Part shown: positions 13,263 to 27,549 of the stretch, in pieces
How positions within the stretch are numbered: the first letter of the stretch is position 1
Layout: each line of letters opens with the position of its first letter
Origin: Tubiluchus corallicola
Lineage: Eukaryota; Animalia; Priapulida
NCBI GenBank assembly: GCA_030141605.1
Contig: JAQGDQ010000028.1
Coordinates: 62,001-126,000, forward strand
Length of the DNA stretch: 64,000 bases
Direction: 5' to 3'
Notes under the pieces: model-generated
What the model was told of the DNA's origin: nothing
The model's database searches: none
What the model saw: only the letters and a program-made list of their open reading frames with translations
Made by a program: the position numbers and the translations under genes

Positions 13263-14095
13263 TACTCTATTAAAACTTCTGCAAGCAGTTTCTCTGTACA
13301 GCCACTTCTAACCATTCAATGTTAATCCCAAAACACTTAAACTCACTGTTGTCAAGTTCTGCGGTTCAAAGTCTTACAGAGTAAATCAATTGCGTGCGAC
13401 AGCTCTTTTTCAGTTGTAGATAAAACTGACTAAATGAAGTCTTTCTCTGATTGACTCTGAAATTAATTTTAACTTCCCAAAGGCGTGCTACCTGTGACAT
13501 CAAATTTGACAGGATCAAGAATAACTAATCATAGAGGAAGAGAGAGTCCAACAGACACAAGCCAAAGGGGAAGATGTTTCTTTACCAATTACAAGCAGCT
13601 CTTCCTGGCAGTACTTTAGCAAAAACTTTATGTGAAATCACGTAAGAATAAGCAAAAGAAATCTAACCTAATCAAGAATATGCAGGTAGGGGAGTCTCAT
13701 GACAAAATATGCCAGAAAACATTAATTAGCCAAATTAGTCTAAGCAGATTAGATGCAGCAATCAGTTTATTTGGACGAGATGCTAGCAAACATCTAGTCT
13801 GCAAAATACAGACATTTTCAAAAGAGAAAGCTTTAACATTTCATAAACGATGCGGTGCCTCCAAATTTAGTTACAAGTTTATCAAATTTGCTTCATTAGT
13901 CAGTAAATATTAAATAAAACTGGAATCAACTTGTTTTTTTTTGTGAAATATTGTCGGTACATATTGTAAGCCTACTGCTGTTCATATTGCCTGCATGACA
14001 TTTAAAAATATCAGTAAACAATAAGGCAGTGCATAACTGTGCCAAATGGTGACCTAATTTACTGTAACCTGCAAGGCAATAAATGTGAACCTTAC

Positions 14096-14190
14096 CTTTT
14101 CCTTGTCTTGAGCTGCCACCTGTAGCTGTCTTTCCAAATCTTTAATTTTCTCATCTTTGCCATCTGCCTGAGATGAGCTGCTGCTGCCAC
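14096..14190 (-). CDS. TRIP11: TRIP11/GMAP-210 coding exon 7 (last exon found in window)
   Basis: tgctttgcag acceptor and gtaagg donor; phase 1 in, phase 0 out, matching exon 6; encodes GGSSSSSQADGKDEKIKDLERQLQVAAQDKEK (coiled coil). Confidence 0.8.
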
Positions 14191-16464
14191 CTGCAAAGCA
14201 AAAATCGTGTTAACCATAGTATTATAATTATTAAGTGCTTTTCAAGATAATGTAAACAGCAAATTAAACAGCTATAAAAATAAACTAACTCTAAATAATC
14301 AGACATTAATGAACATGGCTTCCTTATTGTTGTTTTCCATGATCAATATAAAGCTGAGCAATTTTTTGTCTTCCTATTGCCTTTCCTTGAAACTACAAAT
14401 GGCAGGAGCAAGCCATTTGGCTTACAGGAAACAAGAAATCAAGAACAGACCACTCCTCCTCGCAGTTCGGTTTTAGGGCTTGATCCTGAATGCAAGTGCC
14501 AATGATGATGCCATAACTAGATAAGAGATTCAATTTGAAAAAATGTAGCATTGTATGATGTTAACCAAATCAACATTAAACTAAAAATTTTGAGAATCAA
14601 GGCGCACCTATGAACAATGATTGAAAACAGGTTCTTTTAATCTTTTGTACTCCTCTAAGCACTTTTAGTTAAAAAATTTAGTTAATTATATTATCAACTT
14701 ACTATGACATTTAATTGTTTAAGTATTTTCACCATCCACTTAACAAGTCACTCAAATAGTTAGTATTTTCGCACCACACTCAATCCAAAAGGTAATCTTT
14801 AACAAAAAAGACTTAATAATTGAAGAACATAGAACGTTTTATTTACTCCATTATCATTTACAACAATGTTAGTTTAGTGTTAAGTGAACACAATTATGGA
14901 GCAGGCCAGGAAGGACCAAGGCTGGGCCCAGTTTGACTAAGGCTAGTTAAATTGGACGTATGTGAACAAAAGGCAGTTCATGCATTATTAAAAGTATGAA
15001 TAGCTTTTTCAAGATAACATGAAAATAAATTGGAAAGTGGAATGTTTAGAGGATAGTATATTGCTAGACTGCAGCAATAAAAATAAATACAATACATGTA
15101 GATTCTATAAACAGCAAAAAACTTCTGAAATGGCAATCTATTTTTAAAAAATATGGCAACAGGACAGTATATTCTATTGACAACTACCTTCTAAATGAGA
15201 TACAAAACAGACAGCGGCACCTTAGCTATGTTAGAATATGTACAAATACACCCTTAAAATAGGTCATACTGAACTGATTGCACGCAACACTATGCTGAAA
15301 TTTAACCACCTTAGACAGATAACGCAAACACAATAAACTAATAATTGTTCATTGTTAAAACAAAAACACCCCCTTATCAGCTGATCTCAGATCCACCCCC
15401 TTATCGCCCCGACTTTATCACACCTCTCCTGGACGTTGGCCAAACTTTATTGGGTTAGGGGACAGTGTCCAAAATTTATTGGATTATAGTGTGTATTGAG
15501 CAATCGAAGCTTTATTAGCCTTTGTTTGCAAACAGAAAGACCAAATATGGTGAGGTGGCTGTAATATAAGCACCAGGAAAGCATGTCAATACCAAAGGTT
15601 GTGTGTGTTTGTTTGTATTTGTTACTAACACTGTTTACACTGTGTGCTCTTTACCCTAATATTCTACAAGAATCAGTATATATGAGTTTTCATGCTGAAA
15701 TATACAAGAAAAGAGCATTTTTCTACTTAAAGCAAAAATTAGTAGGCTGCAAGTAACATCAAAAACAGTCAAAGAAACATCAGACAACCAAATGTAATAA
15801 AATAATTGAGATATTGAAGTGCTAGTAGCCTAATAACAAGAAATTGTCACAAGTAATGAATATTACAACAGTGCAACTTTAAAGCTTCCAAATGTGAATG
15901 ATCACAATTCACTTAAGGAAGCAAATTTATTTTCCATAACATCACAAACCTTTTTGATATCATTCCTTTTAGCTTTATTTCTATTCTGATATGTGTGTTG
16001 GGGCAGTTTTATCTGCTGTGTGCCCACAACTATTTAACTTGCTAAATGGAGATGAATATTTCGGGTGCACCCGAAAATCACTAAAATACCTTTGCGGTTT
16101 AGCATCATCTTACCTTAGCAGATTCCTTTACAATAATCTAGATACAAAGCCCCCCATAATCACTTTACCAGCTTGCAGTCTGTCTAACTCGGTAAAAAAT
16201 GAATAAAAAAATCTCACACCTTGCTAATTATATCACCTCATTAACCATTCAATGTTATCGCCATCATTGCCACCAAGACCAAGTACAGTTGACATCATCA
16301 TTAACAACATTTCAACTTGTCACTACCACTACCGCTATACTGTCCAGAATCACTGCAACCATTATGATCAATCACCTTTTCAGTCACTGCCATCATCAAC
16401 TTCATTACCAGCATCACTTCTGCAGTCCTGCCCTCTAATACTTTTTGTAAATGCTAAGGCTTAC

Positions 16465-16618
16465 CAGAGTGTATGTGTCTGCTACACAGCTCATGGTCTC
16501 CTTGTAGTTGCTGATACTGCTGCTTGAGGGCGCTATAGCGATGCATATGTGCATCCTGCAATGCTGACAGCTCTCTTTGATTGGAATCGATTTCATCGTG
16601 AAGTTGATTCTCCAATTC
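16465..16618 (-). CDS. TRIP11: TRIP11 coding exon 6
   Basis: ELENQLHDEIDSNQRELSALQDAH... resembles vertebrate TRIP11 [24 protein letters not shown]; ag/gtaagc boundaries; phase 0 to 1. Confidence 0.88.
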
Positions 16619-19600
16619 CTGCTCAAAAAGTTTATTATTTTCAATTACAGACACCAGAATTGATAAATACATTTTCAATTACAAGAAAGAAAAAAATTGA
16701 TACTTTATAGCATTTAAAAGCTTTTAATAACGTCTTGATTTTACTAATTAACATTCAAATATGTAGATACTATAGAACCTACTTGTAAGACTCGCAATGT
16801 TCAGCATTAGATAATACGCTTTGAATTTTCAGAAATCTTTCTGTGAGACGACAACTGAGTTTCTAGAAACCGCAGAACAGTCAATGATACTCACTAATTT
16901 TTAATCTCTTAAAGTGCAATCGAAGCAATAACGTGAAAAAGGTGTAGTTTCACTTTAATAACCCCCGAGTGCGTTGAATTTCAGATGCAGGCTCTACGTT
17001 TCTAGTAAACTCTTTTGCAATAATTCACCTAGAGCACTAGAGCAGTTTTCCAAGCAACGTTTCTTAAACATTTCTGTTATTTCAAAGACAATTTTAGTAG
17101 ATGGCGGCACTAATGCTTTAAACGATGTCATGGTCAGTGTGGTGACATCTACTGACAAGAACGAGAAAGCATTATAAACTGGTGCACCTTTGCATATATG
17201 TGCAATCACAGTTGAACTATTGAATTTAAAGCCTAATAAAATCATGGTTATTCATTTAACAACAGTGACCGCCTACAGACTACAAATTGTCACAACAACG
17301 TATGGTAGCACTAACCTCCCAAAAATGTTGCCATCTTTAACCTTCATTTTTATATAAGCGAGCCTTATTGTTCAGTTTTTACTTTACACAACGAGAAAAT
17401 GAATATCTACTTACTGCTACAAACAAAGTTACTGCTAGTGACATTTACAACTAAAGCGACATTGAACATTAAACAAACGCTTATGATCACACCCTTCTTA
17501 GACTTATTCAAAAGATACATTACTTATCGTTACACGACTGCTACAAAATAGGGAAATTTGCAACAATCACTTCCTCACCTTAAGTTAATTACTGCATCAG
17601 TTCCCCTCCAAAATTCCACTAACTCAGCACCGCATATATCAGCACAGCAAGTAGGCTTCCTGCCCACACTCACGCAACAGGGTTAATATACAACTCACTT
17701 CCAGGTGCGAAAACGGAAACAACTATCCCGTTCCTGTCACCCCGTATCCTGTATTCAACGGTCCTTTGTTCAAGGGAAGGATACGCACTCAGAGACTTGC
17801 AATAAAATATAAAATAACAGAAAACGCCAGTTAAATAATTACGAAAAACCGGAATGTTACGATTTTAAATTCAGAATACCAAATATAGGGAATATGTAAA
17901 AATATCGTAATTGTCAGACCTGTAATAAATCGCGATGAACAGAAGAGTTTTATAACATCACAAGAACAAAAGTCGAAATTTTTTTCAAAACTCTTAAAAA
18001 ATTCTGTTTCACCACTCCACAAAATAAAACAAAAACAGAAGCCAAAAGACAAAAAATTTCAAAACTACCTGCAGATGATGAAGTCTAAATGGAGAGACGG
18101 AATATTCTGTAAATTTAGACTACACGTTTTCTGCTTTTACTCTGCTCGATGTTCAAACTGGTAACGAAATGCCTCAACGGAAAAACTTGACCACAGCGCA
18201 AATAAACGATGACCAATGTCCAGTCAGTGAACTTACTTCTTTCATATCATAAACAAATTTTCAAGGAAAAAAGCCACAACCATCAGTAATTTTTGCACAT
18301 TTTTGCTGAAAAAAGAGAGCGCTTCTAATACTCGATAAAAGTACCAGCATACCATTAGCAAGACACACACTAGACACATACATAATGCAGGCTTATCACT
18401 CTAAACGCATACGTAATGCGCTCTTATCCGCTGACTCAACCTCATACTCCTAGTCTCGTAAATCACTCACATGAGAACCCAGTAGAATTAGAACCGAGAT
18501 AAAATTCACGACTCATGAGAAAAACAGACAAACATAACATCACGATGTTGACTGTTGAATCACTCACATCCTGTGGTATGTATGCTGAATCACTTTGATA
18601 CTAAGGTGCCAATTTTTAGTATGAACCAGGCTTAATGTTTGCGACGAGATGGCACCTGCAGATGATACAGCTACTTTAGTCAATTTCTGGCAACGAGCCA
18701 ATGAAACCAACAAATTTATGCATTAAATTATTTCACTTAGAGAGATTAGCATTCAACAGACCTTTATCTAAGTTTAATAAACAATCGTGCAAACAATACG
18801 ATATCATAATTCACGTTTTCGTAAAAAGGGAAAGTACAAAGATGAAAATGAATGATTCATTAAAGGTTAACAAAAAATAATATTTGAGCTAACATAAACT
18901 GACAACTTGACATCAGGAAAATCGAACAACATTACCTCCGAAATATAGTCCACCACACTAATACCTAACTAATTCACGAGAGGTGTGCTCGATGCGTTGC
19001 ATGCATTATTAACATAAACGAAACTTAGAAATGAAAAGGAGAACAAGAAACCCAAAACAAATGCAGGCACTAGTAACTAATTAAAATGCAGAGTAATTAC
19101 TGGTGCTTATTGTAAGTGATTTGTAGGATGCAAAGCGCCCCAGGCGTATTTTTAGGATACAAATGTCACAGTACGACCAGAGTCAGAAAAACTCGCTGTA
19201 AATCAAATTCGACGTAAACCCCTAAATCCACAACTCACAAAACAAATGTTTTTTTGGGCAAAGAACTTTCGCTTAATTACTGTACGGTGAGGATTCACCA
19301 CACATATCCGTTGCCCTAATCCTGCTAAAAGCTTTCCCCGTCGCTCCTCTACCACCACCACGACCATCCCCCTCCCCGGTCACCATAAACAGCAGTAAAA
19401 CGTAAAAAAGGAAACACACAACGCTACCGAGTTCTGTAACTTAAAAACACACACAAACGTTAAGTACTAAAGTCAGAAAGCTTATACTAGCAACTCAAAA
19501 TCCTTTTAGTGAATTTAGTAAACAAAGAACAGCGTATAACAGCACTCATTAACAGTGAAGACGACCAAACAATATCAACTAAACACTAATCATAAAATTC

Positions 19601-20740
19601 GTGACAAATAGAGTAAATTCGGCCATAACACACACACACATTTAAAGGAAATCCATCTTAAACCAACGAATTTGGTACAGAGTTAAGCCAAGCTACCCTA
19701 ATGCACAATAAGAGTCGACCGTTCTATTTGCGTTAGGCAAATAGGGGACCGGTGAGGGCTGATTTTATAGCTAAATACCTACACACCCCCGGTTGTTGGA
19801 GAAATCTGAAACGCGTGGGAAGACGGTAACCACTTATGGATGAGTCAGTAGTGAATCGGTTGGTTGCAAATGGTCTAACTGTGCATTAATAACTGACTTA
19901 AAACAGACTCAAAATTCAGAGTGCATAAGTATAATAACAGAAACGGTTAACGAACGCTTCGATAACCCACCCATCCACCACCCCACCCCTTCTAGAAATA
20001 GATCGTGCCATTAATACAGGTGTAATAAAACTACAAGCTAAACATTGGTATCTATGAGTATACATGACCCGTTAGATAAGGTGCATATCTGAAGCAACGA
20101 ATAATATGCCGGTTGCTATAGCGACCAAAAATATGCAAGGTAGTTGTAAGATAATTAGATTCAATATTGAATTGATTGATGAGTTGAATCCACAAGTACT
20201 TCATCTCAGGTCACAAAACTTTGTAATGAATAAAACTAGCTGTTTTAAAAGGAATTATGCACTTCTAAAATTTCAAAATGAATCAAGTAGCTACTTTCAC
20301 GTATATGTTTCATATTACTTGTACAGACACCCTATTTTTCAAACTAGTAAACATTTAAACGTGAATAGTTAATACTATCTGTAATCAACTGCTTTATGCC
20401 ACAAAAATAATATGCCATGAGAGGAAAAAAGTGGAAACAAGAAGCATTAACATACTAAATTTGCTACCATACCTCAAACAGTTTTAATACATGTCCAAAA
20501 TTCTCACTGAAGATATCAGTAATCTCTGATTATTGGGTACTTCATAAATTCAATTGATAAGAACTTGACAAAATAAGTGAAAATAAAACCAAAAAAGGTA
20601 TCAAAAAAGTTATGCTACACAAAGATCCACAGAAAGGTTTACACACATGAGACACATGTGTCGAACGAGAGATATTGAACATATTTTTTGATATCCATAT
20701 GCTTATGGGCAAGTCTATTAGTTTAATTAAAATCCATATA

Positions 20741-20938
20741 GGGTATAGTGGGGTAATGTCAGCCATCGGCCAGCCTTTATACACTCGGCTTAGGTCACGT
20801 GACCTAAACTGGCTTTTATAAAATATATAAAATGTTTATATAGTATATACATACATACAGTCTCTATAAAATATTAATGCAAATACAAAGTAAATCATTG
20901 AAAAAATCTAAATGTGGCCAAAATTACCCCACTACACC
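20741..20938. mobile_element. Short MITE flanked by TA (Tc1/mariner/pogo-type)
   Basis: Left end gggtatagtggggtaatgtcagcca and right end tggccaaaattaccccactacacc are imperfect inverted repeats; TA on both sides. Confidence 0.65.
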
Positions 20939-21219
20939 TACTACACTCTCTCTGTAACATAAAAATAATTTGTGCTGTCTTGTGATTCTATGCAGCTCTT
21001 CACTGGATTGTTTGAACCAATGGTTTGCTCAAACCTTTGAAACTTTACAGAAGCATATTCTAGTACAGGATGCAACTTTTAAGGCCGACCCAATACTATT
21101 CATTTATCAAAGCACATGATTAAACAGATTTATTAAACTGCTAGATGTATTCAATATGCCAGTTGGCATGAACACTTTTACCAGAAGAATAAACTCCTTA
21201 CCTCCTAAAGTGTTACAGA

Positions 21220-21716
21220 CAGGGATGTTACCGAAACTGAAATTACAAACCGAAACAAACTTATGAAACATAGGAAACCAATACCGAAACGAAACCGAAC
21301 CGAAATCATTTTTGCAAAACCAACCACTATCAAAGCTGAAATAAATAAAATACCTTGTTTTTGCTTGTTTGCTTATATTTGCTCTGATACAAGTTTGATG
21401 TATACCAAAAGAAAAAATTATAAGCAAAATAATAGAACAATGTTTATGCTTAAAGATAATGAAGCTTTAAATATTGACAAATTTTATTTTATAAATCTGT
21501 TGTTGCCTATATTTCAAAAATTAAATTAAACTTGGCTTTACATTCAAATTACGCTTCAAATTAACATCTAGGAGAAAAAAGTAAGGTAGATAAATACTAC
21601 TAAAACCTGCAAAATATGCTACTGAAAATTTCGGCTAAGCAACTTAACAATTTTCGACGAAAATGAAACTCAGCCGAAAGTGCAATTATCAGCAAACTGT
21701 ATCAGTAACATCCCTG
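21220..21716. mobile_element. hAT-superfamily MITE
   Basis: TIRs CAGGGATGTTACCGA / TCAGTAACATCCCTG, subterminal ccgaa repeats, and an 8-bp TSD gttacaga / gttacagg (one mismatch). Confidence 0.85.
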
Positions 21717-21761
21717 GTTACAGGACTAGTAAACGGTTAGCAATTTTAGTAAATATCTTAC

Positions 21762-21836
21762 CTTGATCCGACTCCTCAGCTGCTGTACTTCTGCACTGAT
21801 GACTGGTGAAGGCTCGCTATCCTTTTCAGCACCATC
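21762..21836 (-). CDS. TRIP11: TRIP11 coding exon 5
   Basis: ttttttag acceptor and gtaaga donor; 75 nt, phase 0-0; DGAEKDSEPSPVISAEVQQLRSRIK joins exons 4 and 6 in frame. Confidence 0.82.
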
Positions 21837-24800
21837 CTAAAAAATGTTCAAATGAGTGAACAAACAATGAATTCGCAAAGCTATTGATGTGGTGAAAAAG
21901 GATTCAACTTTGACTTAAACAGTGAGTGAGTGAACTTTTCATTTCACCTCAACTTTTTCAGCTCACGAAGCGAAATTTTCGTACTCAGATGTCCCCCTAA
22001 ATACCAATTAATTAAGCACCACCACCTGCTTTGTAAAAAACGTCAGTTGTGTTGAAAACATTAAAACTAGTTGAAACAACTGTTATGCCGAAGTATCTGA
22101 AACATCTGAGAAAGAGTCATACAAATGTTCTAGTCATACTATCGTGTGGATAGCATTTATTCTATAGTGCATGAGCACAGAAAGTCAGTAAATTTACAAA
22201 AAATTATTTGTCAATAAAACACTGTATCTAAAAGACATCTGCAAGAAATTAAGTCAAATCAAAGGAAAAATACCAATAGAACAAATGTTTGTATACAACA
22301 AAAAACAGACAACTACGTCACGCTTTTAATTAGCTTAATGCACTTTACTGAGTGCATCACTATTATTTAGCTTTGCATTCTGATCAGCTGACTGGCTGGG
22401 TCAATGACAATCACCAATCAGGTTAATCAGTTCAGGTTCAAAACTACAAAAGCATTGCATTAACAAATAAAGAAATTTGGCCTATAAGGGATAGTTAAAC
22501 TTGGCCAGTAACCCAAGTATGTTTGTCTAATGAGAGTGTTCAAATTCCAAATGAGGTTTAAGTTCACAGAAGAACTAAAACAACACAGATTCTTACTAAA
22601 TTGATATGAATAATAATCAACTAATGATCAAATGAGTCACCTTATTTCAAGTCACAATTCTAGTTATTCCATGTCCAAAGGCTAACAACACATGCAATAT
22701 TCATTGTGAATAGTCATCAGTTTGAATATTAAAACCAATAAATACGAGATATGACTTTTAAGCAACACAGTTCAAAATCCACATGTTATTACATCCATTC
22801 TCCCTATCCTCATATGGACTGCCCAGTCTGCCCAGTGTCATTGTCATATCAACTGTCCAGTCCGTCGCCACCTTGCACAGGTACGTATGCGCATTGGAGT
22901 ACGCATTTGATAAGACATTGTAAGTCACCACGGCCAAAAGCCAAAGCCCTGAAGAATGTTGTCCTGTTTACCTCCCAAACGCCAAGTTAGTTTACATACA
23001 AAATGGCGTTGCACCTATACAGCCTAAGCAAACTAAGCTAGAATAAACAAGGGTGTAATGTTTAATATTCAGCCATAAAGAACACCTATTGCAGAAAGAA
23101 AACAGGGCAAGATGGCTCCACAAGACGGATCAAGTGGGTGGAGAAAGGAGTTGAAAATATTCATGTTAGAACAGCTAAAGTAAAAAAATTCTTAGAAGCA
23201 GTTTAACTGATTTAATTACACGATTTGGCACACACCCACCCACTAGTATATGGGTGCACGACCACTATATACATACATTATGTAACACATGCATGTACGA
23301 AGCAAACACACATGCACGGCAGGTGAATTTTAACTCGAACAGGTCAAAATAAAATTCATAACTCCTTAATATGCTGCAGGATACTGTATTTAAAGGAGAT
23401 GGACTTGCAACTTAGTTCACCGAATTTCCTATGTAGCTGGAACTGACATAAGTTCGTTGCCATACTTGGCCACGTTTAAGACAGTTTGCAACATAAAAAT
23501 CACGAGCAAGAAGAATAGAAGAATCTAGACACTAAATCAGCCCTCTAACCATTTATCTTCTATTTTTAACTATTTTACTTTCACAATATTGGTATACGAG
23601 GATTTTGTAGTATGATTGCCTGTTAAATCGAGAGCATAAATAATGGCATCTTAAGCTCTCAACATCACTCCAGACTATACACTCATTTTCTTCTGATCTA
23701 TCCACCTGAGTGGCTTTTCTGGATATTACAGACTTGTCTAAAGAAAAAATGAATTTTTCAGTTATTTTTGAATTTTGTCAAGATGTTAAAGTATCAGTTT
23801 GAGAAAGGAAATTTGATAAGACAGACTATATTGCTTTTGCGAAAGCACTGAGAAAGATGGTGGCCTACAAAATTAGTTTTGGGAAGATAACAGTTCAGCT
23901 ACTACCACTTTGAGGTAACAGCAACAGCCAGACAATGATGACTGGCCAGATAATTTCTTTAGTATGTTTCACTGCTGTGATACAGTATTAGTTGACTAGC
24001 TCCCAGTGAACTGCCTTCAAATAAACACAAGTGGTGCTAAAATTTGTACAAAACATGTTTTTTAAAAAATGCAAATTTTTCTACAAACTCTTTTCTAAGT
24101 ATAGCAGAATATTTATGCTTCTTACACACTGTCCTCTACCTGCAAGTTGATTTTATAAAAAGTTTGATATCAAGCTAAACCCTCACTACAATATAAGCTT
24201 TTACAACTTAAAATTTTACTAGCATTACGAATATTCAACTTATTTTATTATAAACTTACTGTAAAACTTGTTTGTTTTGATTTTTTTATCACTTATTGTT
24301 AGCGATATTAAATTTGAACAACCGTCATTTTTCATTGCGCAAGACGAATGACGTTATGAGTACAATCACGAGGTCACTAAAGATCGGTAAACAAACATAA
24401 GTAACCAAAGACGCTTTCTGTACTATGTACGTTACTCTCGCTCACTAGCGCCAAAGACATGAAACATGGTGATCATTACGGCAATGCACAGTGCACACAT
24501 TTGAAATTCACCAGAAAAAGGTAAGTTAATTAATTTCTAAGTTTTCTTGTTTAATAATAACTATGAATTCTTTGTGTAATCATAATAATGCATTAAAAAG
24601 CTGTTGACGTTATATAGGCCTTTAATAAATTGTGGATTAGGCCTATTATCACGTGATGCTATACATATATACAAGCTGATCATGTATCAAGTGGTGTGCA
24701 GTAAGCTTAAAACTATCAAGCTTACTGCACCATACAGGTGGTATATAATCAAACTCGGTTAAAAGGTGCAGTAAGTTTAAAATTGTGACTTTAATGAGAT

Positions 24801-25350
24801 AAACATTTTCTTAATGTTAATTGCACGATGAAACAAAGGACATTGGCTTTTACTATAATTTTCCTTGCACAGAGATCATGTAGCCTTTCCTTACAAATTA
24901 CATCAAATGATTTGTAATTTCATTAATACCATAAAAAAACTTTCTATAAAACTGTCTCAAAACAATGGTAGAGTAAGTCTTAATCTATGATATATTATGC
25001 CCAGCTTCAATTATTAAAATTTTTAAAAGCTCTATTCTAACTATAAACAAATATTAATTCTAAGTGCTAGTACATTTCTGCTTTTTTATATCATCACCAT
25101 TTCTGTTGCTAACACTTACAATACGTTAGCAATATTTTCTGTAGGTTCATATTTAATAAAACAATTTTATTAATTTTACCAAAGCATCTTAGTGAATACT
25201 ATTAACAAGGAACTGCACAATTTAACGATAGTATGGTTTCATCAGTATTAAAGAAGATATTATTATCAGTTGCAAATTGTTTATAAATGTCAGTAAATTT
25301 CGTACTGATGCTACAGTAGTGATAACAAAAAGGTTACAAAACAAATGCTA

Positions 25351-25490
25351 CACAGCAATGGTTAAGTAGTAATAGTAGTAGAAGTAGCATGCTTGCTTTT
25401 CATGCAAGAGGTTCATAGGTTCAATTCCTGGATGAATCGTATCAATCCTTAGAAAATGATACTGCTGGCCATTTAGCTAACCAGCTGAAC
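25351..25490 (+). mobile_element. tRNA-derived SINE remnant
   Basis: B-box ggttcaattcc followed by gaatcgtatcaatccttagaaaatgatactgctggcc, similar to the body of the copies at 51650-51850 and 55869-56115. Confidence 0.55.
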
Positions 25491-25803
25491 TAATTGGAGA
25501 AACATGCAGGCCACATGCATTGTTATGTAAGTATATAAGTGGCTATACAAAGTCAAGATTTATTAATTAATTGTCCAGATGGAAATTAACTAATAATATC
25601 AAATTTAATTTTAAGTAAGGATTATTAAATTATTATTACTGTACACATCCAACTCAAGTGTTGTATACCAGGACTCCTAAGACAATAATTAAAAGATCAT
25701 GTAAATGAAGTGTCAGCTGGCCACCTCCCCTAATAAAACACTCTAACTTGTTATAGTGGACACATTTTAAAAATTACATCTGGAGAAGTACATTGTTACT
25801 TAC

Positions 25804-26070
25804 TAAATTTGACTCATTTTTTCTTGACAGATGGTGCCAATGCTCATTTTCAGCTTTCAGTCGACTCACTTCTTGAGACAAACGATTTATTTCCCACTGA
25901 GAACTTATTACATCGCCAAAGTCCATAGGAGAATGACCATGATCACGATGATTTGATTGACCGGAAAATGTGTCAGATCGTTGCTGATCATTGGTGTTAG
26001 AGACAGACATAAACTTTGACTGAACATCTAAAAGTTCTTGCTCACGATGCTTCAGGCCATTGATTTCTTT
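25804..26070 (-). CDS. TRIP11: TRIP11 coding exon 4
   Basis: Contains MDFGDVISSQWEINRLSQEVSRLKAENEHW, matching vertebrate TRIP11 [30 protein letters not shown]; ag/gtaagt boundaries; phase 0-0. Confidence 0.93.
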
Positions 26071-27161
26071 CTAATAAATAAATAAAATGAAAATAGCATA
26101 AAGAGCTGTATAATGATTGTAAGATTGTTTAAACCGGGTTGCATATAAAGCCAATCTAAAAGGCTCTGAACAATGAACACGGAAAACAATTTTTCATGAC
26201 AATTTTCACTTATAATTTTATTTTAAAGGTAGAACAGTTGTCGTTAATACAATCATAACTTCAGCTGATAACGATACTAACACTATAAATAGCACTGTAA
26301 ATAGTCTGTTTATAGATGATTAATCTATTAACAGAAAAATTAAAAGGATTTCAAGCTGGTGTCACTTTAACTGCTTGTCCTAAACAAGCTACCAAACATT
26401 GGCTAAGTAACTCAGGTAAGATATATGTTAAACTAAATGCGATTACTGTTTGAATCCACACCAAAACAACAACATCTTTAAAGTAAGGTAATAAGCAAAC
26501 CAGTGTTACTGGGATCAACATGAACGGATGCTTTTAATGAAGCAATTAATTATATGATGTTTTTAATGAATGTAACTATATAAAGTCACAAAAACTAGAC
26601 AAGCACAGGGTATCAAGCTAGCACCAACTATCTCAGAATTCTCTAGAATAGAGAAATTGACATTTGACACACAGATAAGTGCAAACATTTCGGATAACCC
26701 AACCATATTTAGCAGGTGACAAATGTATTTGCATTTTTCTCAAAAAGCCATGCAACAAATGAAGCATATAATAGCATAAGTGCAAAAGTGTACATAACTA
26801 CATGAGCGCCAAACTGAATGGAGCAGAAACTTTATTGGGCCATTAACTTTAGATGAAGCCTTTATACTCATAAAGTTATTGTTTTTTCACCATAAAGATA
26901 AAGAAGCCAAAACAATAGATAACCAAATTTCATTCCAGAAAATTAGTCAGCAGATCAAAAAAGTTTTATGAATGTAATAATTTTGGGAACACACATGAAT
27001 TTGTTTCAGTTAGGGACACTGTGAGTAACATAACATTACGAGGGGCTCTTCTTTCTCACCAAAAATAAAGAGGGAGTCATGGTGTCATGCATGGGGAACT
27101 TAAAAACACTTGCCTTTAGTTCTCAAAGTTTCCAACAAGCTGCCTCTTCTATTTCACCCTA

Positions 27162-27377
27162 CAACACATTCAGTCTAGCGAGTTTTCTGTCGTGCGTTTT
27201 CTCTCTGACAGCAAACTCACAAGTTTGAACTTCTTTGCAAGTTAGCGATGGCAAGTTATTGCAAACTCTCCAACAGTTGCTGTGAGTTAATGTTTTCTAG
27301 TCTGAACACGCTTGCGAGTTACTTGGTAAGCTACTTTGAATTTACTTGGCGAAAAACTCTCTAGTCTGAATGTTGCC
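27162..27377. mobile_element. Palindromic MITE (possibly PIF/Harbinger-type)
   Basis: caacacattcagtctagcgagttttc at left is an inverted repeat of gaaaaactctctagtctgaatgttgcc at right; an internal copy of the motif sits at ~27297. Confidence 0.6.
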
Positions 27378-27549
27378 GTTATCAACTACATTATATATAT
27401 CCTGAGCTGAGACGAGCAACCTTTCATAAAATTATGTGCAAATAAAGTTTTTTGAATGATATTTCTTCATATCCCAGTCTTTTCAATATCAGTGTTTTGA
27501 ATGACTCAAAATGTAAAAAAACAAAGTTACATTCTCTTTCAAACAATAC

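Noticed and set aside
16199-16438. His/Ser/Thr-rich plus-strand ORFs
   Set aside because: Translations of a degenerate (CAT/CAC)n tract in a TRIP11 intron.
23680-23737. Extra TRIP11 exon (good minus-strand acceptor ttttttctttag)
   Set aside because: In the phase required by exon 4 it reads TSL-stop, its donors are weak, and exons 4 and 5 already join in frame. It could be a poison exon but nothing supports that.
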